Both the position numbers and the translations under genes were made by a program. The notes under the pieces are model-generated. The model was not told the origin of the DNA and ran no database searches. It saw nothing but the letters and a program-made list of their open reading frames with translations. A DNA stretch of 61,824 bases, filler included, from Desulfonatronovibrionaceae bacterium (GTDB lineage: Bacteria > Desulfobacterota > Desulfovibrionia > Desulfovibrionales > Desulfonatronovibrionaceae): NCBI GenBank assembly GCA_046539845.1. It is 4 parts of 4 records of this genome, joined end to end, with 100 filler letters (N's around TTAATTAATTAA, not from the genome) between each part and the next. Parts side by side here need not be neighbours in the genome. Positions count along the whole stretch, not along the records: positions 15,923 to 31,624 come from JBKHGE010000046.1; 3 more parts are not named here. One strand, given 5' to 3'. Positions 19,291 to 28,968 of this stretch are shown piece by piece. Position 1 is the first letter of the stretch. Each line of letters starts with the position of its first letter.

Positions 19291-20261
19291 ATTCTCCCCT
19301 TATGTGTGCCGAAGATATAAACCGCTTTTATGCGGTATCCCTGGGCATGGGTCGGAAAAGCAGACGTCTGCAGGCGGTCCGGGATGTCTCGCTTTATTTG
19401 CAATCGGGAGAGACCCTGGGGCTGGTCGGTGAATCCGGGTGTGGCAAATCCACATTGGGCCGGGTGCTGGTCGGATTGGAGCCGGCCTCGTCCGGACGGG
19501 TCTTTTACCGGGAAAAGCAGATCTGGGCCGGGTTCAGCACTGAATTCAATCTGCGTCAGAGGATCCAGATGATCTTCCAGGACCCGTTTTCCTCTCTGAA
19601 TCCCAGACAAAAGATAAAGAATATAATCGCTGAAGGGTTAACGGTCCGGGCCGGGGGGAAGGGATCCAGATCCGAAATCCGGGAGACTGTGGCTCGGGTG
19701 ATGCACAAAACCGGACTCCCGCCCGAATTCGGGGAGAGATATCCGCACGAATTCAGCGGCGGACAGCGTCAGAGGGTGGCCATCGCCCGGGTCCTGGCCA
19801 TGGACCCGGAGGTGATCGTGTGCGACGAACCGGTCTCAGCTTTAGATGTCTCCATCCAGGCCCAGATAATAAACCTGCTCCGGGGTATGCAAAAAGAGAT
19901 GGGCCTGTCTCTGCTGTTTATTTCCCACGACCTCTCGGTAATAAACAGTATCAGCCATGTCGTGGCGGTAATGTACCTCGGCCAGATCGTGGAGTCTGGC
20001 CCCCGCCAGGCAGTGTACTCCTCCCCGGCCCATCCGTACACCCGGGCTTTGTTGAGCGCCGTCCCGATCCCGGACCCAAAGGACAAAAGACCCCGGATTC
20101 TGCTAAAGGGCGACCCACCAAGCCCTATGGACCCGCCGCCGGGCTGCCTGTTCCATACCCGCTGCCCGGAGTGCATGGATAAATGCACAAAAGACCGCCC
20201 CGCCTGGAGCGAAATCGGTTCCGGCCATTTTGTCCGCTGTTTTTTGCACTCCGGATCCTGA
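19287..20261 (+). CDS. Oligopeptide/dipeptide ABC transporter ATPase (OppF/DppF-like)
   Basis: GESGCGKS, FSGGQRQR, DEPVSALD; ATGA overlap with upstream stop. Confidence 0.93.
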   Translation: MNSPLMCAEDINRFYAVSLGMGRKSRRLQAVRDVSLYLQSGETLGLVGESGCGKSTLGRVLVGLEPASSGRVFYREKQIWAGFSTEFNLRQRIQMIFQDPFSSLNPRQKIKNIIAEGLTVRAGGKGSRSEIRETVARVMHKTGLPPEFGERYPHEFSGGQRQRVAIARVLAMDPEVIVCDEPVSALDVSIQAQIINLLRGMQKEMGLSLLFISHDLSVINSISHVVAVMYLGQIVESGPRQAVYSSPAHPYTRALLSAVPIPDPKDKRPRILLKGDPPSPMDPPPGCLFHTRCPECMDKCTKDRPAWSEIGSGHFVRCFLHSGS

Positions 20262-20424
20262 GCTGAAAATTATAACCAAGAACAAGAATACTATCATAGG
20301 AATAAGAGTCTTGAACCGAAAAGGCCAAAAGTAAGCTGTTCGCTGGCCTCCTGCACTAACATCTATTCAACGGGGCTGTTCGCTTTACGGTTATAAGCAA
20401 TGGTTACTACGAGAAAAAATATTT

Positions 20425-22395
20425 ATGTCTACTGCCTCAGACAACCAAAACGACATTCTCCCTGAGATCCTGGCCCCGGCCGGAGACGAGGCCGCCTTCC
20501 TGGCTGCGATTTCAGCCGGAGCAGACTCCGTATACTGCGGATTGAAACATTTCTCTGCCCGCATGGAAGCCAGAAACTTCTCCACTGCCGAGCTGGTCTC
20601 TTTGTGCGAACTGGCCAGGAAAAAGGGCAAAAAGACCTATGTCGCTCTGAACACTCTGCTCAAACCGGGAGAAGAGTCCAGAGCCGCCAGTCTGCTGGCC
20701 CGACTGGCAAAGGAAGCAAAGCCGGAAGGGATAATCGCCTCCGACCTGTCCCTGCCCGGTATCGCCCGGGATGTGGGCTTCAAAGGGGAAGTTCACCTGT
20801 CCACCCTGGGTGGGTTCACTACCGCCTCCGGACTGGAGGCGGTGCAAAAAGCCGGCTTCTCCCGGGCGGTCCTGCCCCGGGAAATGACCGTGGATGAGAT
20901 CAAGAATACAGCCGCGCACTCTCGGATAGGCCTGGAAGTATTCATCCACGGGGCACTATGCTATGCTATTTCCGGACGCTGCTATTGGAGCAGCCTGCTT
21001 GGCGGTAAGAGCGGCTTAAGAGGCAGGTGTGTCCAGCCCTGTAGGCGGATGTATGAATACAGAAGGCACAAGGACCGTTTCTTCTCCTGTCTGGATCTGG
21101 GACTGGATGTCTTGGTCAAGCCCCTGCTCCAGACTCCGGCGATCCGGGCCCTGAAAATCGAGGGACGGAAAAAAGGGGCGCATTATGTGTATTACACCAC
21201 CTCGGCCTACCGCCTCCTGCTTGACCGGCCGAACGACCCGGCAGCCAAAAAGGATGCCCAGGCCTTGCTCAAATCCGCCCTGGGTCGCCCGAGCACGCAT
21301 TTCTTTTTTCTGCCCCAGCGGCCCTTCAACCCAACCGAATCAGGCGAAGAGCGAGCCTCGGGGCTGTTTGTTGCCACCACTCGCAAAAAGGGAAAATCGG
21401 TTTCTATCTCCCCGCGCACTCAGTTGTTGAAAAACGATCTCCTGCGCATCGGGTCCGAAGAGGACAAAACACACCAGACAATAGGCATAAAGAAAACGGT
21501 CCCGGCCAAGGGACAGTTCAATCTACCCCCCTCTGTTCCCGGAAGATTACCGGTTTTTCTTATAGACAGGAAAGAGCCGGAACTGCTGCGCATCCTGGAC
21601 AGGCTGCGCCGGGAACTCCCGCCTCCGGGAAACTCGGAGCGTCCCCCCGAAGTGGAGTTGACCCCGATCGCTTCCGCCGGCGGCGGGAAAAAGGCATTGA
21701 CCATACATGTGCAGCGCCTCAAACCGGGCAAACCTTCCGGCCGCAAGCCGGCCTGTTTCTGGGCCGACACCCCCCAGATCCTGGCCGCAAACCTAGACCG
21801 CAGATTCGGGAAGCAATGGATATGGCTACCGCCGGCCGTATGGCCAAACGAAGAAAAGGACTGGCAAAAGGCCCTGCAGACGCTCAAAGATCTGCCCCGG
21901 ACAAGCGTGGTCCTTGGTGCCCCGTGGCAGGCCGCCCTGCTACCGGAGGGCAGCGGACCCCGGATATGGGCCGGACCGTTCTGCAACCTGGCCAATGCCC
22001 GGGCCTTGGAGGCTGTACGCGAGTTGGGGTGCTGCGGCGCGTTTCTCTCCCCGGAACTCGGGGAAGAAGACCTTCTGATCCTGGCCGAAAAAACCCCGCT
22101 GGCAACAGGCTTGGTGACCAAGGGCATCTGGCCGGCCTGCGTATCCAGGATCCCGGCCACAGGGATAAAACCAGCCCGGGCGGTTAAAAGCCCGAAAGAG
22201 GAAACCTTCTGGACCATGCGCTACGGCGGGAACTACTGGGTATTTCCCAACTGGGAAATCAATCTGACCGGGAGAGAAACCGAGCTGCACCGGGCCGGAT
22301 TTTCCCTATTCGCCCACCTGGAAGACCGGCCGCCGGGGAAAATTGAGCTCAAAAAAAGACCCGGCCTCTGGAACTTTGAGCATGGGCTCTTGTAG
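20425..22395 (+). CDS. U32 family protein, long form (probable Fe-S-dependent hydroxylase, RlhA-like)
   Basis: PEILAPAG, GADSVY, HGALC...SGRC...RGRCVQPCR, KIEGR. Confidence 0.85.
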   Translation: MSTASDNQNDILPEILAPAGDEAAFLAAISAGADSVYCGLKHFSARMEARNFSTAELVSLCELARKKGKKTYVALNTLLKPGEESRAASLLARLAKEAKPEGIIASDLSLPGIARDVGFKGEVHLSTLGGFTTASGLEAVQKAGFSRAVLPREMTVDEIKNTAAHSRIGLEVFIHGALCYAISGRCYWSSLLGGKSGLRGRCVQPCRRMYEYRRHKDRFFSCLDLGLDVLVKPLLQTPAIRALKIEGRKKGAHYVYYTTSAYRLLLDRPNDPAAKKDAQALLKSALGRPSTHFFFLPQRPFNPTESGEERASGLFVATTRKKGKSVSISPRTQLLKNDLLRIGSEEDKTHQTIGIKKTVPAKGQFNLPPSVPGRLPVFLIDRKEPELLRILDRLRRELPPPGNSERPPEVELTPIASAGGGKKALTIHVQRLKPGKPSGRKPACFWADTPQILAANLDRRFGKQWIWLPPAVWPNEEKDWQKALQTLKDLPRTSVVLGAPWQAALLPEGSGPRIWAGPFCNLANARALEAVRELGCCGAFLSPELGEEDLLILAEKTPLATGLVTKGIWPACVSRIPATGIKPARAVKSPKEETFWTMRYGGNYWVFPNWEINLTGRETELHRAGFSLFAHLEDRPPGKIELKKRPGLWNFEHGLL

Positions 22396-22445
22396 GACCG
22401 GGGAGTTGGCATCAATTTTGAATATCCTTCGAGTAAGGAGTCTGT

Positions 22446-23114
22446 ATGTTCAAAAAATTGATTGCCGTGGCAGCATTGGGTCTGGCCGTGACCGGCTGCT
22501 CCCATATGGAATCCAATGTGGAGCAAAGGGTAGAGCCGCACCTGAACCATATAGATATCTATCAGCCGCCCCCGGTAGAGCTGTCCCGTCCCCAGGTGCA
22601 TGTCCGACCGCAGTTCCCGTCTCCTCCCAGGGTAAAGGCGGTCATGTTCCCCTTTTGGCTGCGGGGCGAGGCTGCCAACAAGCGTGATCTGGGCCGGGGC
22701 ATGGGCAGGATAGTCTGGGAGACTTGGCGGGAGATGGAAATCCTGGATACGCTCTCCTACAAGAGCAGAACCGGCTGGCCCGGCCGTAGGGAAGCGCGGG
22801 AGATCGCCTTGCGGGAAGGGGCCCAGATGTATGTCCTGGGCCAAATAACCAATTACCTGCCTGGAGGATCGCAGGGGAGCACCAGTGTGGCCCTGCGCCT
22901 GGACATATATTCGGCCAGGGAAGACAGCCTGTTGTGGTCTATGCAGCAGTCCGGAAGGATCGATCCCCGCCCGGACATGGATTTCGTGCTCTTTAAGCGC
23001 AAAAATTGGATGCCGGACTCACCGGTCTATGTCATAGTCAAATCTTTGGCCTCCAGATTGGGCGCTGAGGTCTATGGCTGGACCCACCCGGAAGCCTTGC
23101 AAAGAGAAAAGTAG
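22446..23114 (+). CDS. Lipoprotein of unknown function
   Basis: AAGGAG RBS; signal peptide with lipobox VTGC. Confidence 0.75.
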   Translation: MFKKLIAVAALGLAVTGCSHMESNVEQRVEPHLNHIDIYQPPPVELSRPQVHVRPQFPSPPRVKAVMFPFWLRGEAANKRDLGRGMGRIVWETWREMEILDTLSYKSRTGWPGRREAREIALREGAQMYVLGQITNYLPGGSQGSTSVALRLDIYSAREDSLLWSMQQSGRIDPRPDMDFVLFKRKNWMPDSPVYVIVKSLASRLGAEVYGWTHPEALQREK

Positions 23115-23229
23115 CCTACCAGACCGAGCATGACCCCTATGACAAGCTACCGGACACGCCAAACAGGCATCTTGCCATTTTAAAAAACGCCTCTGGCGGC
23201 TGACGGGGATTTTTAGATCTGTCGGCGGA

Positions 23230-23940
23230 TCAATGCCGGCCACCGGAAGGAAACTCCTGGGATAGTATCCTGGGAAGGCTTACCTCGTAAAACTCTTCCT
23301 CCCAGTAAAATGACACCCGGCGTTCGTCCCTGGCCAGCCTTTCCCAGACCGCCGCCTCCGGACCAAGACCCAAAAAACTTGCCGCGAGCAACGCCCCGAT
23401 AAGGATATACACGTCCTCTTCAAGCTCCAGGGCGGCATTGATCTTCTCTCCGGCCTTGGCAGCCAGATCCGGGCGAACCCAGGCCAGACGGGCCGCTCCC
23501 CAGAAAGCACCCCGGCGAAGCGGGGCATACTCCAGATAATTGTCCTTGCCTCCGGCGTCCTGCAGGAAGGAAAGCAAAATGGAGTAAAACTCACGGGCAA
23601 GGGTTTCTTGACTGGCCATAACCTCGGCCATGCTCTCCGGCACTCCCCAGCCGATCCCGCCGGATTCGTCGTTGAGCATCCACATGAAGCGGCGCATGAC
23701 CACCCGTCCCCTTTCCAGCCCCTTTTCCCGGCAGATAAGCGGCACCGCGCGGCCGAAACAGCTCACGGCATGCCATTTAACCCGGGGCGAAGGACTTAAA
23801 AGCGCGGTAAAAAGAGGGTTTATCACCTGCAGGGGGTCATATCCCCGCAGTTCTTGCCAGGCCTTATCCGGGGGATTATCCTCCAAAACGGACAGGACCA
23901 GTTTTTTCAACTTGCGTCCGGATATGCGACCATCAACCAT
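23230..23940 (-). CDS. DVU0298-family helical (HEAT-like) protein
   Basis: Signature RRFMWMLNDESGGIGWGVPE; AAGGAG RBS. Confidence 0.75.
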   Translation of the reverse strand: MVDGRISGRKLKKLVLSVLEDNPPDKAWQELRGYDPLQVINPLFTALLSPSPRVKWHAVSCFGRAVPLICREKGLERGRVVMRRFMWMLNDESGGIGWGVPESMAEVMASQETLAREFYSILLSFLQDAGGKDNYLEYAPLRRGAFWGAARLAWVRPDLAAKAGEKINAALELEEDVYILIGALLAASFLGLGPEAAVWERLARDERRVSFYWEEEFYEVSLPRILSQEFPSGGRH

Positions 23941-24031
23941 TTTGCTCCTTCCCCAATAATTTTGTCCCTCCCGACTCTTAACGCGGATTTAACCCGCCTT
24001 GCAGAAAAATCCGGGTTTGCCGGCGGGGGAC

Positions 24032-25225
24032 CTATTTCTCGGTCGCGGCGGCCGCAAGCTTTTTACCCAGTTCCTTGCAGGCGGCAAGATCCTCGTGCGT
24101 GGGGACATGTTTTACCCGTACCGGGTCGGCCGGGGTCTGGAACCTGGCTTCCTGTAGAACAGCCTGGATATCTTTGGCCGCCTCCCCGCTCCAACCGTAG
24201 GATCCGAAGGCCGCACCAAACCGGTTCACGGGCCGCAGGCCCTGCATATAGGTCAAAAAATCCGCGACCAGCGGGAGCATCCCGTTGTTGTGCGTGGGCG
24301 AGCCGCAGACCACAATGGAGGCGTCCACCAGCTCTCCGATGACATCGCTATGGTGATGGCTCTTTAAGGACATAAGCACATATTCCACTCCGGACTCCAA
24401 GAGGCCTTCGGCCACGGCCTTGGCCATCTTTTCCGTACTCTCCCACATGGTGTCATAGACAATGACCGCCTTGTCCCGGGTCACCTGGCGGCTGTATTGG
24501 TCATAGGCCTTGAGTATCTCCGGGACATAGGAACGCCAGATAAATCCGTGGTCCGGGGCGATCATGTCTATTTCCAGCCCGGATTCGTTTACCTTGGACA
24601 AGACCTTCTGCACCAGCTGGGAATAGGGAAGGATGATATTGGCGTAATAGTGTTTGGCTTCTGCGAACAGAAGCTCCTTGTCGGCCTCATCGTCAAAGCG
24701 TTTGGTGCTGGCTATATTCTGCCCGAAGGCGTCGTTGGAGATAAGCAGTTTGTCCTCCGGGATATAGGAGAACATGCTGTCCGGCCAGTGCAGCATGCGG
24801 GTCTCCATAAATTGGATCCTTTTTTGACCCAGACTGATTTCATCCCCGGTGTTAACAGCCTCCAAAGGGAAGTCGGTGCGGTGAAAATGCTCGGCAATCG
24901 CCTTCTTCCCCATCCGGGAACAAAAGACTTTTTCCGGCTTTATCCGGTCATGCATGAACGGGAAGGCCCCAGAATGATCCAGCTCCACATGGTTGACCAC
25001 TATATAGTCTATGTCCTCCAGCTTAACCAGACTGCGCACCTGATGATACAGGTCCCATTTGAACTTCTCCGGGACCGTGTCAAAAAGGGCGACCTTGTCC
25101 TCCAGTATCAGATAGGCATTATAGGTCGTTCCCCGCCTGGCCAGGGAGTAGCCGTGAAAGCTGCGGATATTCCAGTCCACTGCACCAACCCAATAAACAT
25201 TTTCTTTTATCTCTTGGACCGCCAT
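24032..25225 (-). CDS. roo: Flavodiiron protein (rubredoxin:oxygen oxidoreductase, FprA type)
   Basis: GTTYNAYL, NHVELDHSG, HWPDSM, SNDAFGQ, APDHG, flavodoxin GSPT...FGSYGWSGE. Confidence 0.93.
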   Translation of the reverse strand: MAVQEIKENVYWVGAVDWNIRSFHGYSLARRGTTYNAYLILEDKVALFDTVPEKFKWDLYHQVRSLVKLEDIDYIVVNHVELDHSGAFPFMHDRIKPEKVFCSRMGKKAIAEHFHRTDFPLEAVNTGDEISLGQKRIQFMETRMLHWPDSMFSYIPEDKLLISNDAFGQNIASTKRFDDEADKELLFAEAKHYYANIILPYSQLVQKVLSKVNESGLEIDMIAPDHGFIWRSYVPEILKAYDQYSRQVTRDKAVIVYDTMWESTEKMAKAVAEGLLESGVEYVLMSLKSHHHSDVIGELVDASIVVCGSPTHNNGMLPLVADFLTYMQGLRPVNRFGAAFGSYGWSGEAAKDIQAVLQEARFQTPADPVRVKHVPTHEDLAACKELGKKLAAAATEK

Positions 25226-25271
25226 ATATTATATCCTTTCTGCATCTTGACCGGCCGCCGAACTGCGGCCG

Positions 25272-25312
25272 GGAACAAAAACAAAGGCCCCTCCGGCACG
25301 GCCGAAGGGGCC
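25272..25312 (-). terminator. Rho-independent terminator between rubredoxin and roo
   Basis: Minus strand GGCCCCUUCGGC-CGU-GCCGGAGGGGCC followed by UUUGUUUUUGUU. Confidence 0.75.
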
Positions 25313-25323
25313 CGGTCAATCGC

Positions 25324-25485
25324 CTAAAGCTCCTTGCTGAAGCTCTCTTTTCCCGCTCCGCACACCGGGCAAACCCAGTCCTCCGGCAGGTCTTCGAACT
25401 TGGTCCCGGCGGGGATATCGCTCTCCGGATCACCTTCAGCCGGATCGTAGACATAACCGCAGATAGAACAAATCCATTTCTCCAT
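25324..25485 (-). CDS. rub: Rubredoxin (53 aa, absent from ORF track)
   Basis: [20 protein letters not shown]...[29 protein letters not shown]. Confidence 0.95.
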   Translation of the reverse strand: MEKWICSICGYVYDPAEGDPESDIPAGTKFEDLPEDWVCPVCGAGKESFSKEL

Positions 25486-25490
25486 TTTTG

Positions 25491-25664
25491 CTACTCCTTT
25501 CTCTGCACAGGTTTGAACCGGCTCTTATCCGCGCCGCATTGCGGACAACGCCAGTCTTCGGGCAGGTCCCGGAAAGGGGTGTTCTTGGGCACGTCCTCCC
25601 TGGTCCTGTCACCCAGGACCGGGCTGTATACGTATCCACATATGGTGCAGACATATTTGTCCAT
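25491..25664 (-). CDS. Second rubredoxin, basic variant (57 aa, absent from ORF track)
   Basis: [57 protein letters not shown]. Confidence 0.92.
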   Translation of the reverse strand: MDKYVCTICGYVYSPVLGDRTREDVPKNTPFRDLPEDWRCPQCGADKSRFKPVQRKE

Positions 25665-25674
25665 CCGGGCCTCT

Positions 25675-25872
25675 CTATTTCACGGCCTCCGGGCCGCCGA
25701 GCGGCCTGAAGGCCTTCTTGGTCGCCCCGCAGACCGGGCAGCACCAGCTGTCCGGGATATCCTCGAAGCGGGTGCCTTTGGGGATCTTGCCCTTGCGGTC
25801 CCCACGGTCCGGGTCATAGATATAACCGCAGTTCACGGTCTGACACTGCCACATTTCTTCCGGATCGGCCAT
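25675..25872 (-). CDS. Rubredoxin-like protein, Cx4C type (Rdl-like)
   Basis: WQCQTVNCGYIYDP...WCCPVCGA; start at ATG 25872 after GGAGG. Confidence 0.9.
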   Translation of the reverse strand: MADPEEMWQCQTVNCGYIYDPDRGDRKGKIPKGTRFEDIPDSWCCPVCGATKKAFRPLGGPEAVK

Positions 25873-25880
25873 CCGTCCTC

Positions 25881-26261
25881 CTAGTTTTCCGCCTTCCACA
25901 GGCCGTGGATATTACAATACTCCCTGGCCGTGACCTTGTCCGCCTGGACACAGAACTCGGCCTCGGGCTGTTGCCCAGGAGACAAAAACTGGCGGTAGGC
26001 CTTGCCGTCCGCCACCAGCTCGACCCATTCGATATAATGCTTCTCCTCCATGGGGTGGGCAACGTCTCCGACGACCACCTTGTACCCCTTGGAGGTCTTT
26101 TCAATGACCGGGACGTGCTTCTCCTTGGAGGCATCCACGGTCCCGGCCTGCATCAGGTTCATGGGCTGACCGCAGCACACCAATTCGCCCGCCCCGACAT
26201 GCAGAACCTCGACGATATTCCCGCACACCTCGCATTTGTAGATTTCCAGCTGTTTAGTCAT
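25881..26261 (-). CDS. dfx: Desulfoferrodoxin (superoxide reductase)
   Basis: YKCEVCGN...[26 protein letters not shown]; start ATG 26261 after AGGAGG. Confidence 0.96.
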   Translation of the reverse strand: MTKQLEIYKCEVCGNIVEVLHVGAGELVCCGQPMNLMQAGTVDASKEKHVPVIEKTSKGYKVVVGDVAHPMEEKHYIEWVELVADGKAYRQFLSPGQQPEAEFCVQADKVTAREYCNIHGLWKAEN

Positions 26262-26280
26262 CTCAGATAACCTCCTTGTT

Positions 26281-26856
26281 TTACCAGTTTTCACCCAAAA
26301 GCTCGAAATAGCCCTTGGGATGTGCACAAGCCGGGCATTCCTCCACCGGTTCGCAACCGGTGTGCAGGTAGCCGCAGTTCAGGCAGCGCCAGACCTGCTC
26401 CTCGTCTCTCTTGAACACCCGGTTTTTTTCTATATTGGCGGCAAAATCCAGGTAACGCTTCTCGTGTTGTTTCTCGGCCACAGCTATGGACCGCAGTGCG
26501 GCCGCGATCTGAGGGAAGCCCTCATCGTCGGCCACCTTGGCGAATTCCGGATACATATCTATGTGCTCGTGGTTTTCTCCCTCAGCCGAAGCCTTGAGGT
26601 TCTCCAGGGTGGTGCCGATGCGGCCGGCCGGAAATGAGGCCCGGATCTCCACCTCTCCTCCTTCCAGGAACTTGAAGATGCGCTTGGCGTGTTCCTTCTC
26701 CTGGGCCGCGGTTTCCTCAAAGGCCCTGGATATCTGTTCATAGCCCTCTTTTTTGGCCTGCTTGGCAAAATAATCGTACCTGTTTCTGGCCTGTGACTCT
26801 CCGGCAAAAGCGGTTAAAAGGTTTTTTTCGGTTTTGGTGCCTTTAATAGATTTCAT
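26281..26856 (-). CDS. rbr: Rubrerythrin
   Basis: [24 protein letters not shown]-terminal CLNC...CPACAHP. Confidence 0.96.
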   Translation of the reverse strand: MKSIKGTKTEKNLLTAFAGESQARNRYDYFAKQAKKEGYEQISRAFEETAAQEKEHAKRIFKFLEGGEVEIRASFPAGRIGTTLENLKASAEGENHEHIDMYPEFAKVADDEGFPQIAAALRSIAVAEKQHEKRYLDFAANIEKNRVFKRDEEQVWRCLNCGYLHTGCEPVEECPACAHPKGYFELLGENW

Positions 26857-26953
26857 CTTATATCCTCCCTTATTCTTTCTTCCATGTCAAAGAGTTTATA
26901 ATTTCTTAGAGCCCTTCTCTTTTAAAAACGAATTTGTCTTCCGCGACAAGAAA

Positions 26954-27358
26954 CTATTGCTCCGGATCATGCCCCGACTGCAGGCAATTTGGACAGACTC
27001 CTTTGAGTTGCACATCACATCCGCACAAACGATAATCAGTGCTTTTCTGCAGACCTTGCCAGTCCGGTTCCAGCTGACCGGGGATATCGTCGACCCGGTC
27101 GCAGTATATGCATCGGACATGCAGATGCGGGTCCGGATTGCCGTCAAACCGCTTCTGCATCCCGGGCATATTCAGGGTCTGGATCTCTCCGCACTCGGAC
27201 AAGACCTCCAGATTGCGGTACACCGTGCCCAGACTGACCCGAGGCAGCTTTTCTTTGACCCGCATGTACATCTCGTCCGCTGTGGGATGGTCCTTGACTT
27301 TGCGTAACTCTTGCAAAATAATTGTCCGTTGCTTGGACGTCCTGAATTGTTTGGGCAT
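26954..27358 (-). CDS. perR: Fur-family peroxide-sensing repressor
   Basis: HPTADE, SLGTVYRNL, HLHVRCIYC, CPNC; first gene of the rbr cluster. Confidence 0.85.
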   Translation of the reverse strand: MPKQFRTSKQRTIILQELRKVKDHPTADEMYMRVKEKLPRVSLGTVYRNLEVLSECGEIQTLNMPGMQKRFDGNPDPHLHVRCIYCDRVDDIPGQLEPDWQGLQKSTDYRLCGCDVQLKGVCPNCLQSGHDPEQ

Positions 27359-27372
27359 AGCTATTCATCCTT

Positions 27373-27391
27373 ATTGATAATTATTACTATT
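27373..27391. promoter_or_regulatory. Putative PerR/Fur box overlapping the perR promoter
   Basis: ATTGATAAT-T-ATTACTATT imperfect 9-1-9 palindrome; minus-strand TTGACA 17 bp upstream of an AT-rich -10. Confidence 0.7.
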
Positions 27392-27423
27392 AAGCTTTAC
27401 TGAAAAGCCTGTCAAGGAAAAAC

Positions 27424-28968
27424 ATGAGCGCACAGCAAAATTCCCAACACAAGCTTCGCCTGCGGACCCTCAAAACAGATGACTTCCCGGACCTACAGAG
27501 AATCATGGACAAGGTATACCGGGTGATGGGCATGCACTGGACCAAGGAGGAGTTTGCGGACCACCTCAATCGCTTCCCAGAGGGCCAGATCTGCATTGAG
27601 GACAAGGGGATCGTGGTCGCGGCCGCGTTCAGCCTAATAGTGGATTATAAAAAATTCGGCGACCTACATACCTATGAGCAGATCACCACCGGAAACCTGG
27701 CCAACCACGATCCCCAGGGGGATTATCTCTACGGGATCGAGGTCTTTGTCCACCCCGAATACCAAGGCATGCGCCTAGGACGCCGCCTGTATGACGCACG
27801 CAAAGAAATCTGCGAGAACTTAAACTTAAAGGGCATCCTGGTCGGGGGCAGGATACCCGGATATCGCAAGTACGCCAAGGAAATGACTCCTCAGAAATAT
27901 GTACGCAAGGTGGTCAACCGGGAGATACGCGATCCGGTTTTGACCTTCCAGCTTTCCAATGACTTCCATATCCGGAGGCTCATACCCGGATATCTGCCGG
28001 AAGACAAAGACTCGCACGGCTATGCCGTGCTCCTGGCCTGGAACAATATCTATTACGAGGAAAAAGTCCGGCTCATGGGTGGGCAAAAGAGCTATGTCCG
28101 CCTGGGAGCAGTACAGTGGCAAATGCGTCTGTTCCCCTCTTTTGAATCCTTTGTCCAGCAGGCGGAGTTCTTCGTAGACACCCTGGCCCGGTACAACTCG
28201 GACCTCGTCCTCTTTCCGGAGCTGTTCAACGCTCCACTGATCGCCAAATTCGACGAAAAGGACGCGGCCTCGGCCATGCGCTCCCTGGCCGAGTATACCG
28301 AACCCTTGCGCCGGGAGATGCTGAACATGGCCCTGTCCTACAATATAAATATCGTTGCCGGCAGCGTCCCTGAATACAAGGACAACCAGCTGCACAACGT
28401 CTCTTTTCTCTGCCGCAGGGACGGGACCTGGGAAAAGCAGTACAAGCTGCACATAACCCCGGAGGAGGACAGCAGCTGGGGGCTCAAAGGCGGCGGGGAG
28501 CTCAGGACTTTTGATACCGACGTGGGCAAAATAGGCATACTCATTTGTTATGATGTTGAATTCCCAGAACTTCCTCGACTTTTGGCCGACCAGGGCATGG
28601 AGATCCTTCTGGTCCCGTTCTGGACGGACACCAAGAACTCCTACCTGCGCGTGCGGCGCTGCGCCCAGGCCAGGGCTATCGAAAATGAATGTTACGTGGC
28701 CATCTCCGGGAGCGTGGGCAACATCCCCAAAGTGGAAAACATGGATATCCAATACTCCCAGGCGGCAATATTCACGCCCTCGGATTTCGCCTTCCCCCAC
28801 GACTCAGTAGCGGCCGAGGCCACCCCGAACACGGAAATGACCCTGGTGGCCGACCTGGACATGGAGATGTTAAAGAACCTCAGACGACAGGGAAGCGTAC
28901 AGAACCTGCGCAACCGCCGCACAGACCTATATCAGCTCCGGATGCATCCCGGCCAGAAGACTCCCTAG
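27424..28968 (+). CDS. GNAT acetyltransferase / carbon-nitrogen hydrolase fusion
   Basis: GNAT motif VHPEYQGMRLGRRL; nitrilase triad FPE, QYKLH, ICYD. Confidence 0.92.
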   Translation: MSAQQNSQHKLRLRTLKTDDFPDLQRIMDKVYRVMGMHWTKEEFADHLNRFPEGQICIEDKGIVVAAAFSLIVDYKKFGDLHTYEQITTGNLANHDPQGDYLYGIEVFVHPEYQGMRLGRRLYDARKEICENLNLKGILVGGRIPGYRKYAKEMTPQKYVRKVVNREIRDPVLTFQLSNDFHIRRLIPGYLPEDKDSHGYAVLLAWNNIYYEEKVRLMGGQKSYVRLGAVQWQMRLFPSFESFVQQAEFFVDTLARYNSDLVLFPELFNAPLIAKFDEKDAASAMRSLAEYTEPLRREMLNMALSYNINIVAGSVPEYKDNQLHNVSFLCRRDGTWEKQYKLHITPEEDSSWGLKGGGELRTFDTDVGKIGILICYDVEFPELPRLLADQGMEILLVPFWTDTKNSYLRVRRCAQARAIENECYVAISGSVGNIPKVENMDIQYSQAAIFTPSDFAFPHDSVAAEATPNTEMTLVADLDMEMLKNLRRQGSVQNLRNRRTDLYQLRMHPGQKTP

